Notes under the pieces: generated by a model | The model's database searches: none | What the model saw: the letters and a program-made list of their open reading frames with translations, nothing else | Told to the model about the DNA's origin: nothing | From: Octopus sinensis | Taxonomy: Eukaryota | Assembly: GCF_006345805.1 (NCBI RefSeq) | Contig: NC_043004.1 | Span: forward strand, 42,966,001-43,030,000 | Length of the DNA: 64,000 nt | Direction: 5' to 3' | Part shown: positions 36,897 through 50,330 of the stretch, in pieces | Layout: every line of letters begins with the position of its first letter | How positions within the stretch are numbered: position 1 is the stretch's first letter | Position numbers and translations under genes: made by a program

Positions 36897-39085
36897 TCAT
36901 AATAAAGAATTCCTCCAAATTTCTGTTACTTTAATCAGTTTTATTATTTCGCCTCCTATATAGTTTTTTTTCAAGATTATCTTATTTGTATTTGTCGTGG
37001 TTAATGGCGTCAATATCACGATATTTATTACTCGCATTTTTCGAACACCAACGTAATATGGTATTAGCACTATAGTTTGTATGTATTTGTCTTCTCTTGA
37101 CGTAATTCGTTGATAATGATTTATGATCGTTTTCACCTAAACTAATAGCGTGATATTGTCTTTGAAATTTGGTGCTATATATTTTTTATAACTAATAATT
37201 TAAACAATTATACACAGCTTTAAAACAATATATTTGGGCAAATAATTTTGTTCACTAGAGATTTATTATCTCGTCTTTTTCTCTTGAACTTCAACATCAA
37301 AAGAATAGAATGACAACACCGTTTAATTCCCTTGCAGATAAACGTGCTGTTATTACAAAATTGTATTTTACGTCAGCTTTCCATTCTTATTTACTTGAAA
37401 TATTTATGTTGGATCCTACAATCAACTTCTTCATCTTGAAATAACGTAATTAATGGTTTTTAAGATGATTGAAGTAAGGTGTGGTTTCACTACGTACCAT
37501 TTACATACATAGTATATTCGCAGCACATTGTATTGATAAACATTAGTAAGCTTGTGTTTAGCTAATGTACTCAACTGAAAAAAGTTTTAATCACTTAAAA
37601 TTAAACTCTTAAATGCGAATTAATATTTTAAAATAATACCACAAACTGAATATTACATATTCTAGAGGAAAATGGGAGATTGCGAATTTTATTATGTTGT
37701 GAAGAAATACGCTGTGAAACGGAGTGGTATGCAGAATGGTTCCCTTATGATATAACATATACATTCTTCTAGTCATCTCCGCTTATTGCCTATTACACCT
37801 ATGCTCATGTGACAAACATCGCGCAAGCATATGTGAAAACTTTATTCAGTAACAAAGACATATAGTAACTAGTATGTTTCACGGTCACACCATCGAATGA
37901 TCTTGCAAAACGAAATTGGAAGCTGTAGTATAAAAGTAATAGCAACATTACTATAGTTATGCCTAGTAAAATAGCTTTGAACGATTTTAAAAGAAAGACC
38001 CTGAATGCATTACAGAAGCTGCTATTACCCGAACAATTGTTACAGTAAGCCATTGAACTGTTAAAGATTATATTATCAAAAATTATTTACAAACTAAATG
38101 ATTGTAACTGTTAATTATGTTTTATAAAGTGTAGCGTCAGTAAAAGAAATATTTCTTAGATACATATCTTATACTTCGGTAGGTTTAAGCCTGCTTGCTA
38201 ACGGTGACAAATAGTCTCCAACGTACAAGAAGCCGCAATGCAACTTGTAGTAATTGTATATTGAATATACTATTGGGAGGATGTTTAAAGATGATGCGAT
38301 ATTCCATACAAAATATCAATAACGGATCATTGTCTCTACAGGTCGATTAGAAGTGCCACCTCAGCACCGGTCAGAAAAATAAAGATATATCAAATTGATA
38401 GGAACTGATATTTCATATCAACGTTGATTATAATTTGAACAGATTAGATTTTTGACGTGCAATATTCAAAGATCTAGCGAATTATGCTTTGTTATATATA
38501 TATATATACATAGTGTATTGTAATGAAGAATGATTCTTAAATCACTATCACTAAATGGGCAGTTGACCTGTTACAATATGCTGCAAAATACTTCATTTGG
38601 CGATTAGACGATGGAGGAATATTTTTTTATCAAGACAATATAAGAAACCATATTTTGTATAAGGAAATTAGCGTATAAAAAATCGCTCAAAGCCAATAAA
38701 TTATGGAAGGCTAAAAGTTTCTAAATTAAAACTCACGTACCCTTTGCAGCTTCCCCCATTATACAAAAATTTGTTAGTTTGACTAAAGATTTACTGCGGG
38801 AGATGAAAAGATTGATGAACAATTGATTTTGGTAGGAAAAAGATTGTAATTGTTTAGATCTAATTTAGAATTTAGTTGCCAAAAATTCGGCTCCATTTAC
38901 GTAGTGTGATATAAAAATTTCCATGGCAAATATAAAGTACTGATTCGATATAACAATTGAAACGTGTCATTCCATAGAACGGTGAGTGATTTAAGTAAGT
39001 AGAAGCTATACATTTCATTGACATTCAGTGACAGCTTCGATAATGAATTAAAACATCTATTACAGAATTCGAAAGAAATAATCAT
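36897..39085 (-). pseudogene. Decayed LRR to TM (to possible TIR) remnants, locus 3
   Basis: FNSLSKLSLNVNEMY..LTVLWNDTFQLLYRISTLYL (38897-39085), then in frame after the stop MEPNFWQLNSKLDLNNYNL. Hydrophobic ILLGITIVMLLLLLYYSFQFR (37805-38053). Weakly TIR-like INIVILTPL..ILKKNYI..EIWRNSL (36897-37136). Confidence 0.4.
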
Positions 39086-39204
39086 AAATAGGAAGCCATT
39101 AGATGCATCATGCTACAACAAAAATACAGTACAGGATAAATAAATCAAGAAATAAATCTCATCGCACAACTGTTATATTTCATCCTCCAGAAACAAAGAA
39201 AGTG

Positions 39205-39249
<45 letters not shown>

Positions 39250-39253
<4 letters not shown>

Positions 39254-39690
39254 GTAAAATAACATGTGACAATTATTCAATAGCCAAAATAAAACTCTGA
39301 GTTTCAGATGCCGAAGTGAAAATCCACAACACCATCACTTCGGTTATCTGGCCATCTGAAAAACGTTATGAAAAAAGGCTGTAATACAAAGGAAAATTAC
39401 TGTGTTATAAATTTCGCTACTTATATATATGTGAGCATATGAGTAGGCATGCTTACGTGTTTACTATGGACTTTTAACATTATTTTAATTAGCGGTCATT
39501 GAATTAGCGCTTTTATATAAGTAGAGAAATTATAACACAGTAATTTTCCTTCGTATTACGGTCTTTTTTCATAGCGTTTTTCAGATGGCCAGATACCCGA
39601 AGAGATGGTGTTGTGGATTTCCCCCTCGGCATCTGAAACTCTGAGATTTATCTTGGCTGTTGAATAATTATCCCATATTTTTTTACAGAT
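39250..39690. mobile_element. Foldback/MITE with about 180-bp arms, TA-flanked
   Basis: TCTGTAAAA..AATTATTCAA.AGCCAA.ATAAA.CTC.GAGTTTCAGATGCCGA..AAATCCACAACACCATC..TTCGG.TATCTGGCCATCTGAAAAACG and its reverse complement at 39510-39690. Confidence 0.85.
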
Positions 39691-39734
39691 AAATTTCCTC
39701 TATTTCTTTTGTTATCTTACCGTTTTTACCAATA

Positions 39735-39736
39735 AA

Positions 39737-39833
<97 letters not shown>

Positions 39834-39844
39834 GTCTGTCTATC

Positions 39845-39875
<31 letters not shown>

Positions 39876-39923
39876 CTCTATCTATCTATCTCTATCTATC
39901 TATCTATTATCTATCTATCTATC

Positions 39924-39959
<36 letters not shown>

Positions 39960-39970
39960 GTCTGTCTATC

Positions 39971-40001
<31 letters not shown>

Positions 40002-40011
40002 CTATCTATCT

Positions 40012-40052
<41 letters not shown>
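39735..40052 (+). repeat. (TATC)n tetranucleotide microsatellite
   Basis: Long interrupted TATC array. Confidence 0.98.
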
Positions 40053-40432
40053 ATATATATATATATAAACTGTAGCCTACAGACTTATACCTTTACCACA
40101 CCTATATTTTATGGTTGCTCTCGATATCGGCCAAAATAAAAGATCGGGAAGAAGCGCAATGTGACTGCACACTTTTCATGCAAGTCATATGAAAGACCCC
40201 TCTAATGTCTTAAACAGCAAACGTAAATTCTCATTTCGAATTGATGCATTAACTGGCGTTTCAAGTAAATTCGATAAAGAAACAATTGCAACGAATCATT
40301 AAAAATGTGTTAAAGTATTGTCTTTGTATTTCTCTCATTAATTAGATTATATACATATGTAAAAAATATTTGTCCGTGTGTGTGTATGTCCGTATGTCCA
40401 AACAAACACACAAAGACAGACACAGATATATA

Positions 40433-40654
40433 TACGTAGGGGTGCTTAAAAGTTCCTGGCTTGGGTGAAAGAAACTACAGGAGGATCAGATAAGTATGAT
40501 TTTATTCAACGTATTCGTCTTTGAGAATTATATACTTATTGCTGTCTTTCTTAATTTTTTCTAACTCATGAAAAAGAATTCTGAAGTTTAGGCCTCCAAC
40601 CAGGCCTTTCGTAATTCCCGTACAGCCTGGAACTTTTTAGCACGCTCTCGTGTA
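40433..40654. mobile_element. Mariner-derived MITE
   Basis: Imperfect 30-bp TIRs (TACGTAGGGGTGCTTAAAAGTTCCTGGCT and AGCCTGGAACTTTTTAGCACGCTCTCGTGTA); no coding content. Confidence 0.72.
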
Positions 40655-40746
40655 CCTACATACATACATACATACATGCATACATACACACATACATACA
40701 CCTATATATACATACATATACATATATTTATGCAATTATTGGAAGT

Positions 40747-40789
40747 CCACCTGAAGATTGTCGATCAAGACAAGAAACGATTGTAGTGG
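40747..40789 (+). ncRNA. Minimal type-I hammerhead ribozyme motif (intact core), identical to 8302-8344
   Basis: CCAC CTGAAGA TTGTC-GATCAA-GACAA GAA AC-GATT-GT A GTGG. Confidence 0.7.
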
Positions 40790-40939
40790 CGGTTTTTTTG
40801 ACTATTTATTAAAATTTATGTATTGATTAAGTCTTTCCTTGTTTGTTTTGCAAAATAGTGGTTTTGTCTCGAATAATATTTTATATATATACATATATAT
40901 ATATGTATACATATATATATACATATATATATATACATA

Positions 40940-41014
<75 letters not shown>

Positions 41015-41253
41015 TCAATTACTGGTTATACTAGCATCATTAAGGGATACTATTATCCAATTTATTACTGGTTCATTACCTAATATTTGTTGTGAATAAT
41101 AATAATATTCATAAAATAAGTCTATCTATAAATCATGGTTTATATATATATATAAATGCGTGTGTGTGTGTATGTATAAACACACACATACTTACATATG
41201 TATATATCAACCATCCCTCCATACCTTCATATATATGTATATACATCTATCTG

Positions 41254-41298
<45 letters not shown>

Positions 41299-43734
41299 AT
41301 ATATATATATATATATATATCTATATATATACATGTACTTACATGCACTCATATATACACATATACACACATATATGGACTCATATATACACGCATATAT
41401 ATACTCATATATGCATATGCACACATATATATGAGGGAAAATGAGATGTTAGTAATTACAAGCATTAAAGAAATATATCCTAGGATATATCTGATAATTT
41501 CCATATATAAGTAAATTCCAGTGAAATGAGAAGAGAGAATTACAGTTCCTAATGCTAAGATCTCAAACATTATAAGTTAAATAAAGATTGGAATAGTTTA
41601 AGAAGGCAGCGGTAGAAGATTTGGCCTATGATAGCCAATTGCGACATATAGCTATACATTATTCGTTTCAATGAATAATGATACGCTTGGAGTAATAAGA
41701 TGAATAGTTTTAGTTGACACTTCGTAATTAGAAAATTATGTTGCCGTTGAATTTTGTAAATGAGATACAGATAGGTTTCCATTAAACGGAAATTGAACTA
41801 ATCAAAATTGTAAACTTGAAGACAACTGCAGAATCTTTATTAAATCAACCATTTTCTTAATAATGATGCGCAGTAAGAAACAGTTACATTCGGACACGTA
41901 GATATCTTGATAATCATAAGTAGGTCAGACGCTTACCAATATTAATTATTCCACTTCCCCAGTAAGCTCTACGTTCATTCACCACCCTATCAGGCCAGCG
42001 GTTCAAATTACAAGTACTCGATAATGACCATCTCTTTATGTCGTCTTCGCTGTTGCAAGTCTATTAAAAGTTTTGAGAGTGCTACAGTTTATTTGAACAT
42101 TAGTCCATTATTGAAACAAGCACCTACACATCTATATATTTGCATTTATATCTATTTATATACATATATGCAATCTGTATAAATTTATAAACACACATAC
42201 GCACACACACATGTCTGTGTTTGGACCGCCTTTGCACAAAGGTCATCCGGACTCCCGCCTTCGCTGTGAATAGGAATTAAGCTTCTCAGCTCCTTTTCGC
42301 CATATGGGCTCAACTAACCTACTCTATTCATCTGGTATCATCTTCGCCTCCTCTCCTCCTTTGATAGTAACGCCACACGGCTCCACATACACTTGCATTG
42401 ACTACTTCCCAGTACCCATACCACAAACCATCATAATACACCCACACACATTCTTCAATAGCGTCACCATACATACCACTGTATAAACTGTCACACACAC
42501 TATTTAACTCAGTACTCATACCACACACATTCATGCACACTCCCACATTCACACAGGCACATGATACCTGAACACAGGTTATATATACATAAACACGCAA
42601 CACACATAGATAGAGATAAATTTCGCCCACGTATATACACCATACATATGCTTACTGTTTGGCCACAAACACACACGCACATACACGCACACACAGAATT
42701 GTTACACACGTGCACACTCAAAAAGGTCAGTCACTCGCTCCTATTCACATATACACACTTACATACTCTCACACACCAATTTCCCATGCACACATACGCA
42801 CGCGCACCTTCCTTTTTTGGGATCACTAGCACTTTATTATCTTCATTCCATTCACACTTTTTTATTATTATCTCCCTTTCTTTCAATTGCCTTTTTTCCA
42901 ATTATTCGCCATGCTTGACCGTTGAAATCTAATTTTTTTTTCATTCTTTTTTTGTATAGTCTCTTTTATTCGTTTCTGTTGAATAGCGTTAAACTAATAC
43001 ACTTGCGTGTTGTTCGAACACCTGTGTTCGTCTTTTGTTTTATATACATGTGTGCATAATATATATATATATATATGTATGTATATAAGGTAGTCAGAAT
43101 GTTGAATGATTATTAATATTTTCTTTTCTTTACATCTTATTTACATTTTCAGCGCTTCCTTCCTTTATCGAATTTATCAACAAATGGTTCAAATTTAGAT
43201 ATGTCTTGCCCTTTCTATAAAGTATTTTCTGGGGTTTGCCAAGCAAGGGAGAAGGAAAGAAAAAATTTCTTTGAGGAGGAGGGGAATGTAAAGAGGCGTG
43301 TTTTTTGTATTGTCAGACTTGTTTGTTTATGACTTAGTGAGCTTTCAAGTTTGGGGAGGAAAAGAAGAGAAGAGAAAAGAAAAGAGAATTTGTGTATGAA
43401 TTTTACCTGCCATCAGATCTCCTGACACCCAAACCTTAATTGATACTTTGTCAGAAGGTATGGGGGACGAGATAGCGGTTAAAGAATTGAATCCAATCAC
43501 TAGTGATACCTATTCCAATGAAAGTAATTTTAGACACAGTCACAATTGTAGAACAATCTGCCTAATTGACCACCCTGCGAATTATTGCAAAACAGTTTAT
43601 GTAAAGGCGAAATGCACCCGTGCAGAATACGTGTTACTGTGTAAGAGATATTTTAACATCTGAATGCTCACTGAAAATATTTGCAGCCTCAATCTGGCCG
43701 CTATTACATCTTCTTTGACTTCCAATTGGTTATT

Positions 43735-44640
43735 GCTACAACATCGACATCGACAACTGCATCGAGGTAATCCAAGCTCTTTATGCAGAATCAAACAATA
43801 CAGCCATGAACGGTAACATCGGAGAACTATTCAGAGCAACAGTGGACGTTAAAAAAAGGATTTCCCCCATCTCCAGTGCTCTTCAACATCTTCACGGATA
43901 TCGTACTGATGAAGAGACGCCAAGATATCCACCCGCTATTTTGATTTGAAGACGACTCATTACCAACGTAAACTTCACTGATGATATAGACCTTTTAAGA
44001 AGCAGTGAAGAAGAAATACATGTGTTCAGTACCTGACTCCAAAAAAACTACCAGGAGCATACGACATCAGTATCTCAAAGTGCAAGAACCTGACTAATTC
44101 TAAAACCCAGAAAACAGCAACAAATGTCATGCAGAACGGTGAAACAATTGACCAGGTAGACACATTCAAGTAGTTAGATACACTTCAACCAAGATCAGAA
44201 GATCTCAAACATTGATAACAATTAGTCTCAGTTTAGCCTCCGCTGCCATGACGATGCTGGAAACCATATGAAATGGAAAGACTCAAAATGAAAAAAGTCC
44301 TGGTTACTTCGATCCTTCTCTACCAATATGAGGGCTGGACACTTACAGATGTCATAGAAAGAAGAATTCAGGTAAGTGCTTATGAAAGATGGAACACATC
44401 TCGAATAAAGTGCATAACACGCATAGTAATTCGACAAATACTCTGACAAACCAGAACCACATGTTGCACAGGTAAAAAGACGAAGATTTGCCTGGTACGG
44501 TTTTGTGACCTGGCACAACTCCTTGTCCAAAAGCATCTTTAAGGCCATTGTTGAGAAAAGGTGACACAAAGCTAGACAGAGAACTGGGATCCGTGGCGAC
44601 GGCTTACTGCAACAGCATTTTCCAGTATCAGGGATGGGGA
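43735..44640 (+). mobile_element. Decayed RTE-clade LINE RT fragment
   Basis: IEVIQALYAES, GNIGELFRATV, SPVLFNIF, ITNVNFTDDIDLL, WTLT..IERRIQ, VKRRRFAWYG motifs with frameshifts. Confidence 0.82.
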
Positions 44641-44721
44641 CTACATGATGATAACGACGATGATGATGATGATAATAATGATGATGTATGTATTTATATA
44701 TGCACATACATACAAACACAT

Positions 44722-45106
44722 ATTCTTTTATTCTTTTATTTGTTTCATGCATTTGACTGCAGCCACCCTGGAGCACCGCTTGTAGTCGAACAAATCGACC
44801 CCAGGACTTATTCTTTGTAAGCCTAGTACATACTTTATCGGACGCTCTTGCGGAACCGCTAAGGTACGGGGACGTAAGCAAACCAGCATCTGTTTTCAAG
44901 CGATGGTAGTGGGACAAAGACAGACACACAAACACGCAAACATACATGCATACGATGGGCCTCTTTCAGTTTCCGTCTACCATAACCACCCGCAAGGCTT
45001 TGATGGGCCCGAAGCTATAGTAGAAGGCACTCACCCAAGGTGCCATACAGAGGGACTGAATCTAGAACCATGTGGTTGTAAAGCAAGCTTCTTACCACAC
45101 CGCCAC
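44722..45106 (-). mobile_element. SINE family B
   Basis: Same architecture as the 12479 and 28371 copies. Confidence 0.88.
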
Positions 45107-45886
45107 GTCGGAATTCCATATGAATTCCTAATATGTGTCGAATTTTTATTTTCAACAATTGAGAGCCGTTGCCTATATACCAAAAGGAAAATCAAAATTG
45201 TAAGTGAACACCGTCTCATTAAATATTGTGTTCATAATGTGACAGAGACAAAATCAGAATCGTGTAAATAATATTTGGGTAAGTAACAAGAACATATTTG
45301 TCTGATGGGTATTTGAAATTCCTCAGCAAATTCGGTGAAACGGATACATAAGTCAGATTGTACTAGCGCGACGAAAACATAATGATTTAAGCAAGAAAGA
45401 ACGCTGTTGTCATCAACGCATCAATAAATTCACTATAGCTATTTCAAAAGTGAGCTTCAAGAGGTGATCATTTTTTTTTTGTCTAACGATGGTCTGAAAA
45501 CTGAAGAAATGCGGGATTGATAAAATTATTTAATTCTACAATATATCTTGGCTGCTTTTTACATGTATTTTACACCGGTCTATATATGCATGCGTACAAA
45601 TATGTAAAAACATTCATAAGCATGTAAACACTCACACAAATGTATATATGTCTGGACGCTCGCTTGGGAGCATGTATATCTGTATACATATACTGTATTA
45701 TGTGAATTTTGGAACATAAGCAGGGTACCTAGTCAATCGCTCATGTACACCTAAATACACATATCTAATTATCTACCCACCTATATACAAATATAAATGA
45801 ATAAATAATATACTTTTCAATGGAAAAAAAATATCGTGAAAACGTGTCATTATAGATTACAAATGGAAAATTTGTTCATGTATATT

Positions 45887-46438
45887 TCATTTCCTGTAAC
45901 AGGTAGAAGCCATATTTATTCTGTAATTTTTCATAATGTCAACGAACGCTATCGAATAAAATAAATTATTTGAAAATAACGAAACCGTTCCTAACGATCC
46001 TTTTGATAAATAAAGTGGCAAAAAATAAATCAATGCACGTACAGCTTCACCGATAATAGTTGATAGCATCTAGATTCTTCGAGCTTGAAATAGTAAGTTA
46101 TATTTTGAAATTATTGGAAAAATCTGTATCTGAATATAGATTTCACCTCAAAATCCTTTGCATATTAACATTAATGTAACTGCAATACACAGCAGTTTTA
46201 TCAGTAAAACATAAAGATGAAAATACATTGATATGAACTGAAATATCACCATGATGTGATGCTGAAGAGATGGTGAGTGTATTCTAATGTACAGTTTCGA
46301 TTCCACATATTTATAATGATAAAGTTTTGGTGACACTTAAGAGATATTTTAGTAGTTAACAAAACATTACTATTTATCATTTTTCATTGATTGTCAAGTT
46401 TTGTATATTGCAAATATTACAAATATTACCAATGTCAT

Positions 46439-46491
<53 letters not shown>

Positions 46492-46568
46492 GTACTGCTG
46501 CTGCTGCTACCACTACTACTACTACTACTACTACTATACTACTACTACTACTAGTACTGCTGCTGCTG

Positions 46569-46610
<42 letters not shown>

Positions 46611-46707
46611 ATACTACTACAACTGCTGCTGCTGCTGATGAGTATAAGGATGATCCTGGTGGTGGTGGTGCTTGTAATGATGATGAGGATGATGAGGATG
46701 ATGTTGG

Positions 46708-46765
<58 letters not shown>

Positions 46766-47450
46766 GTTGATGATGGATTATAAATAATTTTGGGGAACAT
46801 CAACGAAAAAATTTCGAAAACGGTTATGAGCAGTTGTGCGACATTTGAAATAGAGACACAAAAAAGAACAGAGTCTCTCAGGTTCGAAATTAACAAGAAG
46901 CGTTAAGAATTTTAAATGACTAGACATTCTCACCTTTGACATTAGAGTAAAAGTAACCAAAAAAGGTGAGTATTATAATAACATGAAGTATATTAAATGA
47001 ATATTACGCTATAGAGACGTGGTCGATTATTATTTAGATATAGGAAAGAATGATGTAAGTTTGAAGAATTGACATTCATCTAGTTAATCTTGACCTAGGA
47101 GCAATTGGTGCGCAGGTAATCTTGTCTCAGTTTGATATAATTGATCTTCAGCCATTCTGATGAGATTCTGTCTTAGAGTTATTATATTTAACGTCCGTAT
47201 TTCCACTTCCGTTGTAAAGAATCTCTTTTTCATCAGCACCAGGCGCTCTTTCATTGAATGCTTCGGTTTAGTCAATTGGCGCAGGCGGTCCCACTTGCAC
47301 TGTAGAGAGGTGTGTATTGCATTCAAATTTGTAAGACTATTGGCTTGAAGATATATTTGAATAATTTGGGCATTTATGTTGAAAGGCAGTTGACTCTATG
47401 GAATATTCATGCCAACGTGTGATTTACAAATATTTAGACTACTTCAGTAT
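45887..47450 (-). pseudogene. LRR array remnant with N-cap, locus 4 (best supported)
   Basis: Open 103-codon frame 47392-47084: SQLPFNINAQIIQIYLQANSLTNL...RTLNIITLRQNLIRMAEDQLY, preceded by RVNC in another frame. Then SHLKFLTLLVNFEPERL..TAHNRFRNFFVDVPQN (46960-46778), KLYIRIH.. (46336-46148) and YFLPLYLSKGSLGTVSLFSNNLF (46069-45887). Confidence 0.62.
46438..46775 (+). repeat. Compound trinucleotide tract (ACT)n/(GCT)n/(GGT)n/(GAT)n
   Basis: Seen directly; lies inside the LRR remnant. Confidence 0.97.
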
Positions 47451-47769
47451 CATTATGATTATCCTGCATTAGATCTGTACGATGTATATTGAAGTATATT
47501 GAAGTATATTAGATCACTAGAGATTCCCTGATTCCTATCCTAGTTCAAATTCGACGAACGGCAATTGCTTGGAGATATTTCGTGAAAGAAACTCCCATGC
47601 CAGCATTTTCGAAAGCAATCGTACGCTTAGAAATAGCTTGCACTGGAGAGTGGTTTGCTTCTAAGGGACGCAATCTTTTCTTTTTATGCTGGCTAACAAC
47701 CGCTATACATTTTCTACGTATATAATTTCATTATTATATCTATCGATGCGAGTTTCTATATTATTTTTA

Positions 47770-48540
47770 TTTTTATTTTTAATCCGCATCTTTGTTACAG
47801 TCACTTGCCGAGACACACCCAGCGTCCTGGGTTTAGAGAAGGGTAAGAGTTGTTACAATATGACTGAAAGCTTGGGGTGGGTGGGAGGTAGTGAAATATC
47901 TTCATGTAATACAACACCGGCATTTAAATGGATAGCTTTTTCTAAGGAAGTGGGTAGTACTTGTCAGTACAATCTTTTGGATTTGTCTGAGACATGGTTC
48001 TCCAGGGATCTTATCTAGATGTTTCTAACATGCTTTTTTATCATAACTAGGGCACCTACAATAGCAGGAACAGTTCTCGTTTGAAGATGCCTCATCTTGT
48101 GTATTTCATTTATCAGGTTCTGATATCCATTTAGTTTATCAAATTGCTTGACAGATATAAGTTATTCTAAAATTATTTTCTTTCTTGTCTTTACTTATCA
48201 CATCTGGTCGATGAGCCTGGATCATTCTACCATGCTACCTTGTATGAATTTGGAGATGGCAGGAGATAACTTTCATATTTCAAGGGCCTTGAGTATCCAA
48301 TTACATGGGACACTATCAAACGCTTTCCTGTAGTCTATCGATGCCATACTCAGATTCTGTTTTTGCTACGGCAATTCTATACAATCAGTTTACTTATAAT
48401 TGATCTTTGCACCCATAAGAATTCCCAAGAATTCCCTTCACTGCCTTTTTTGAGCTTGTGGAAGGGTAGATCTCTTTTCAATGAAATCGTATATTCTGTC
48501 AGTTAATATAGATGTGAGGATGTTGTAGGTTGTATTGAGA
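47770..48540 (-). mobile_element. Internally deleted R4/Dong-type RLE LINE
   Basis: NTTYNILTSILTDRIY..YGCKDQL..NLSMASIDYRKAFDSVP.NWILKAL is joined to HRPDVISKD..RTVPAIVGAL..IQKIVLTSTTHFLRK. Confidence 0.82.
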
Positions 48541-48567
48541 CATGTTATATATACATATATATATATA

Positions 48568-48685
48568 TATCACGTGACCGACCAGACCATCAGATGTTGT
48601 TACACATCGCTGGTCACAATGTGTTCGCATTGTTTTAGCCTTCGAATGTCGCCACCCCGCTGGCTAAGCGAGCAGGCCAATATAT
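48568..48685 (+). repeat. Short GC-richer interspersed repeat of unknown class
   Basis: CACGTGACCGACCAGACCATCAGATGTTG...CCCCGCTGGCTAAGCGAGCAGGCCA embedded in (TA)n. Recognised as an octopus repeat from memory only; single copy here. Confidence 0.4.
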
Positions 48686-49097
48686 ATAAGTTGATGTATA
48701 AATTTCACACATAAACATATAACGCATACGCGCACACATATATCCATATAATTTCAAACAAATATATTGATACAAAAGTAGAGTCCTAGTTTTGTAATCC
48801 CAAAATTGTATTTTAAGCCCATATTCACGAAATATATAAATATATTTTTCGTCTTAGTGAACTCGTGTTCAGCGCGTAATGGTTACGAATAGTTTCAAAA
48901 ATCTCGCACTTCCTTCCTGAATTCGTATGGCGTCAATAACTGTCTGACTGTCTGATTGTTTTTCACTCTCTTTCTCTCTCTCTCTCTTCCTCTCTCTATC
49001 TATCTATCTCTCTATATATCTATCTACGCATCTATCTGTATAAACATACATACATAAATATATATATTATATATATGCTTGTCTCTCTCTCTCTCTC

Positions 49098-49176
<79 letters not shown>

Positions 49177-49177
49177 T

Positions 49178-49232
<55 letters not shown>

Positions 49233-49779
49233 TATATATACACACACTCAGACATACGTCTACCTATCTATCTATCTCTATATATATTTACATATATGCG
49301 TGTCTGTTCAAGAATATATAAATATACATGCATGAACGCCCACAAACATACGCACTTGTAGACAGATAATACACACATACTTACCCGCGTACACACACGC
49401 GCATACACACACATACACACATATGTATATATTTGTCTGGCATCTATTGTGTCTACATGACTAAAATTTTTATGCCATATATCAAAATGATTGAAAAATT
49501 TCTTATGTTTTCCATTAATGTAATTTTACCCCTGTCCTTCATCTAGCTTTCAGAGTCATATGCATATATAATATGTCTTTACATTAAAAAAAGAGAACCG
49601 ACTGGAGAACGAAAATCAGTTTTTGAAACTTATACCATATGAAATTTTGTTTGAATAAAATTTTATTTGTTACACTCTTTTGCTAAACAGCGTCGCTATG
49701 GTTGTTTCTGCAGACATTATAAAAAATACTGTTATACACGGAAACACATACAAACATGTGTACATACATGCATTACATA

Positions 49780-49783
49780 CATA

Positions 49784-49824
<41 letters not shown>

Positions 49825-49860
49825 TATATATATATAATATATATATATATACGTATATAC

Positions 49861-49899
<39 letters not shown>

Positions 49900-49989
49900 A
49901 TATATATATAATATATATATTATATACGTATATACATATATATGCATATATATATATATATATGTATTATATACGTATATACATATATA

Positions 49990-50028
<39 letters not shown>

Positions 50029-50210
50029 CGTATATATATATATATGCATATATATATATATTATATAATATATATATATATATAATATATATATTATTAT
50101 ATACGTATATACATATATATGCATATATATATATATATATGTATTATATACGTATATACATATATATGCATATATATATATATATATATAATATATATAT
50201 ATTATATACG

Positions 50211-50241
<31 letters not shown>

Positions 50242-50330
50242 TACATATATATAATATATATACGCACCCATATATAATATATATAATATATACACATGTA
50301 TATATATATATATATATACACACATACACA
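49780..50330. repeat. Degenerate (TA)n tract with internal higher-order duplication
   Basis: The TATACGTATATACATATATATGCATAT block recurs at about 49921 and 50098. Confidence 0.85.

Noticed and set aside
44228-44947. Longest non-repeat-looking ORF (239 aa, minus strand)
   Set aside because: It runs antisense through the RTE remnant and sense through a SINE B copy and a (CAT)n tract. No protein signature.
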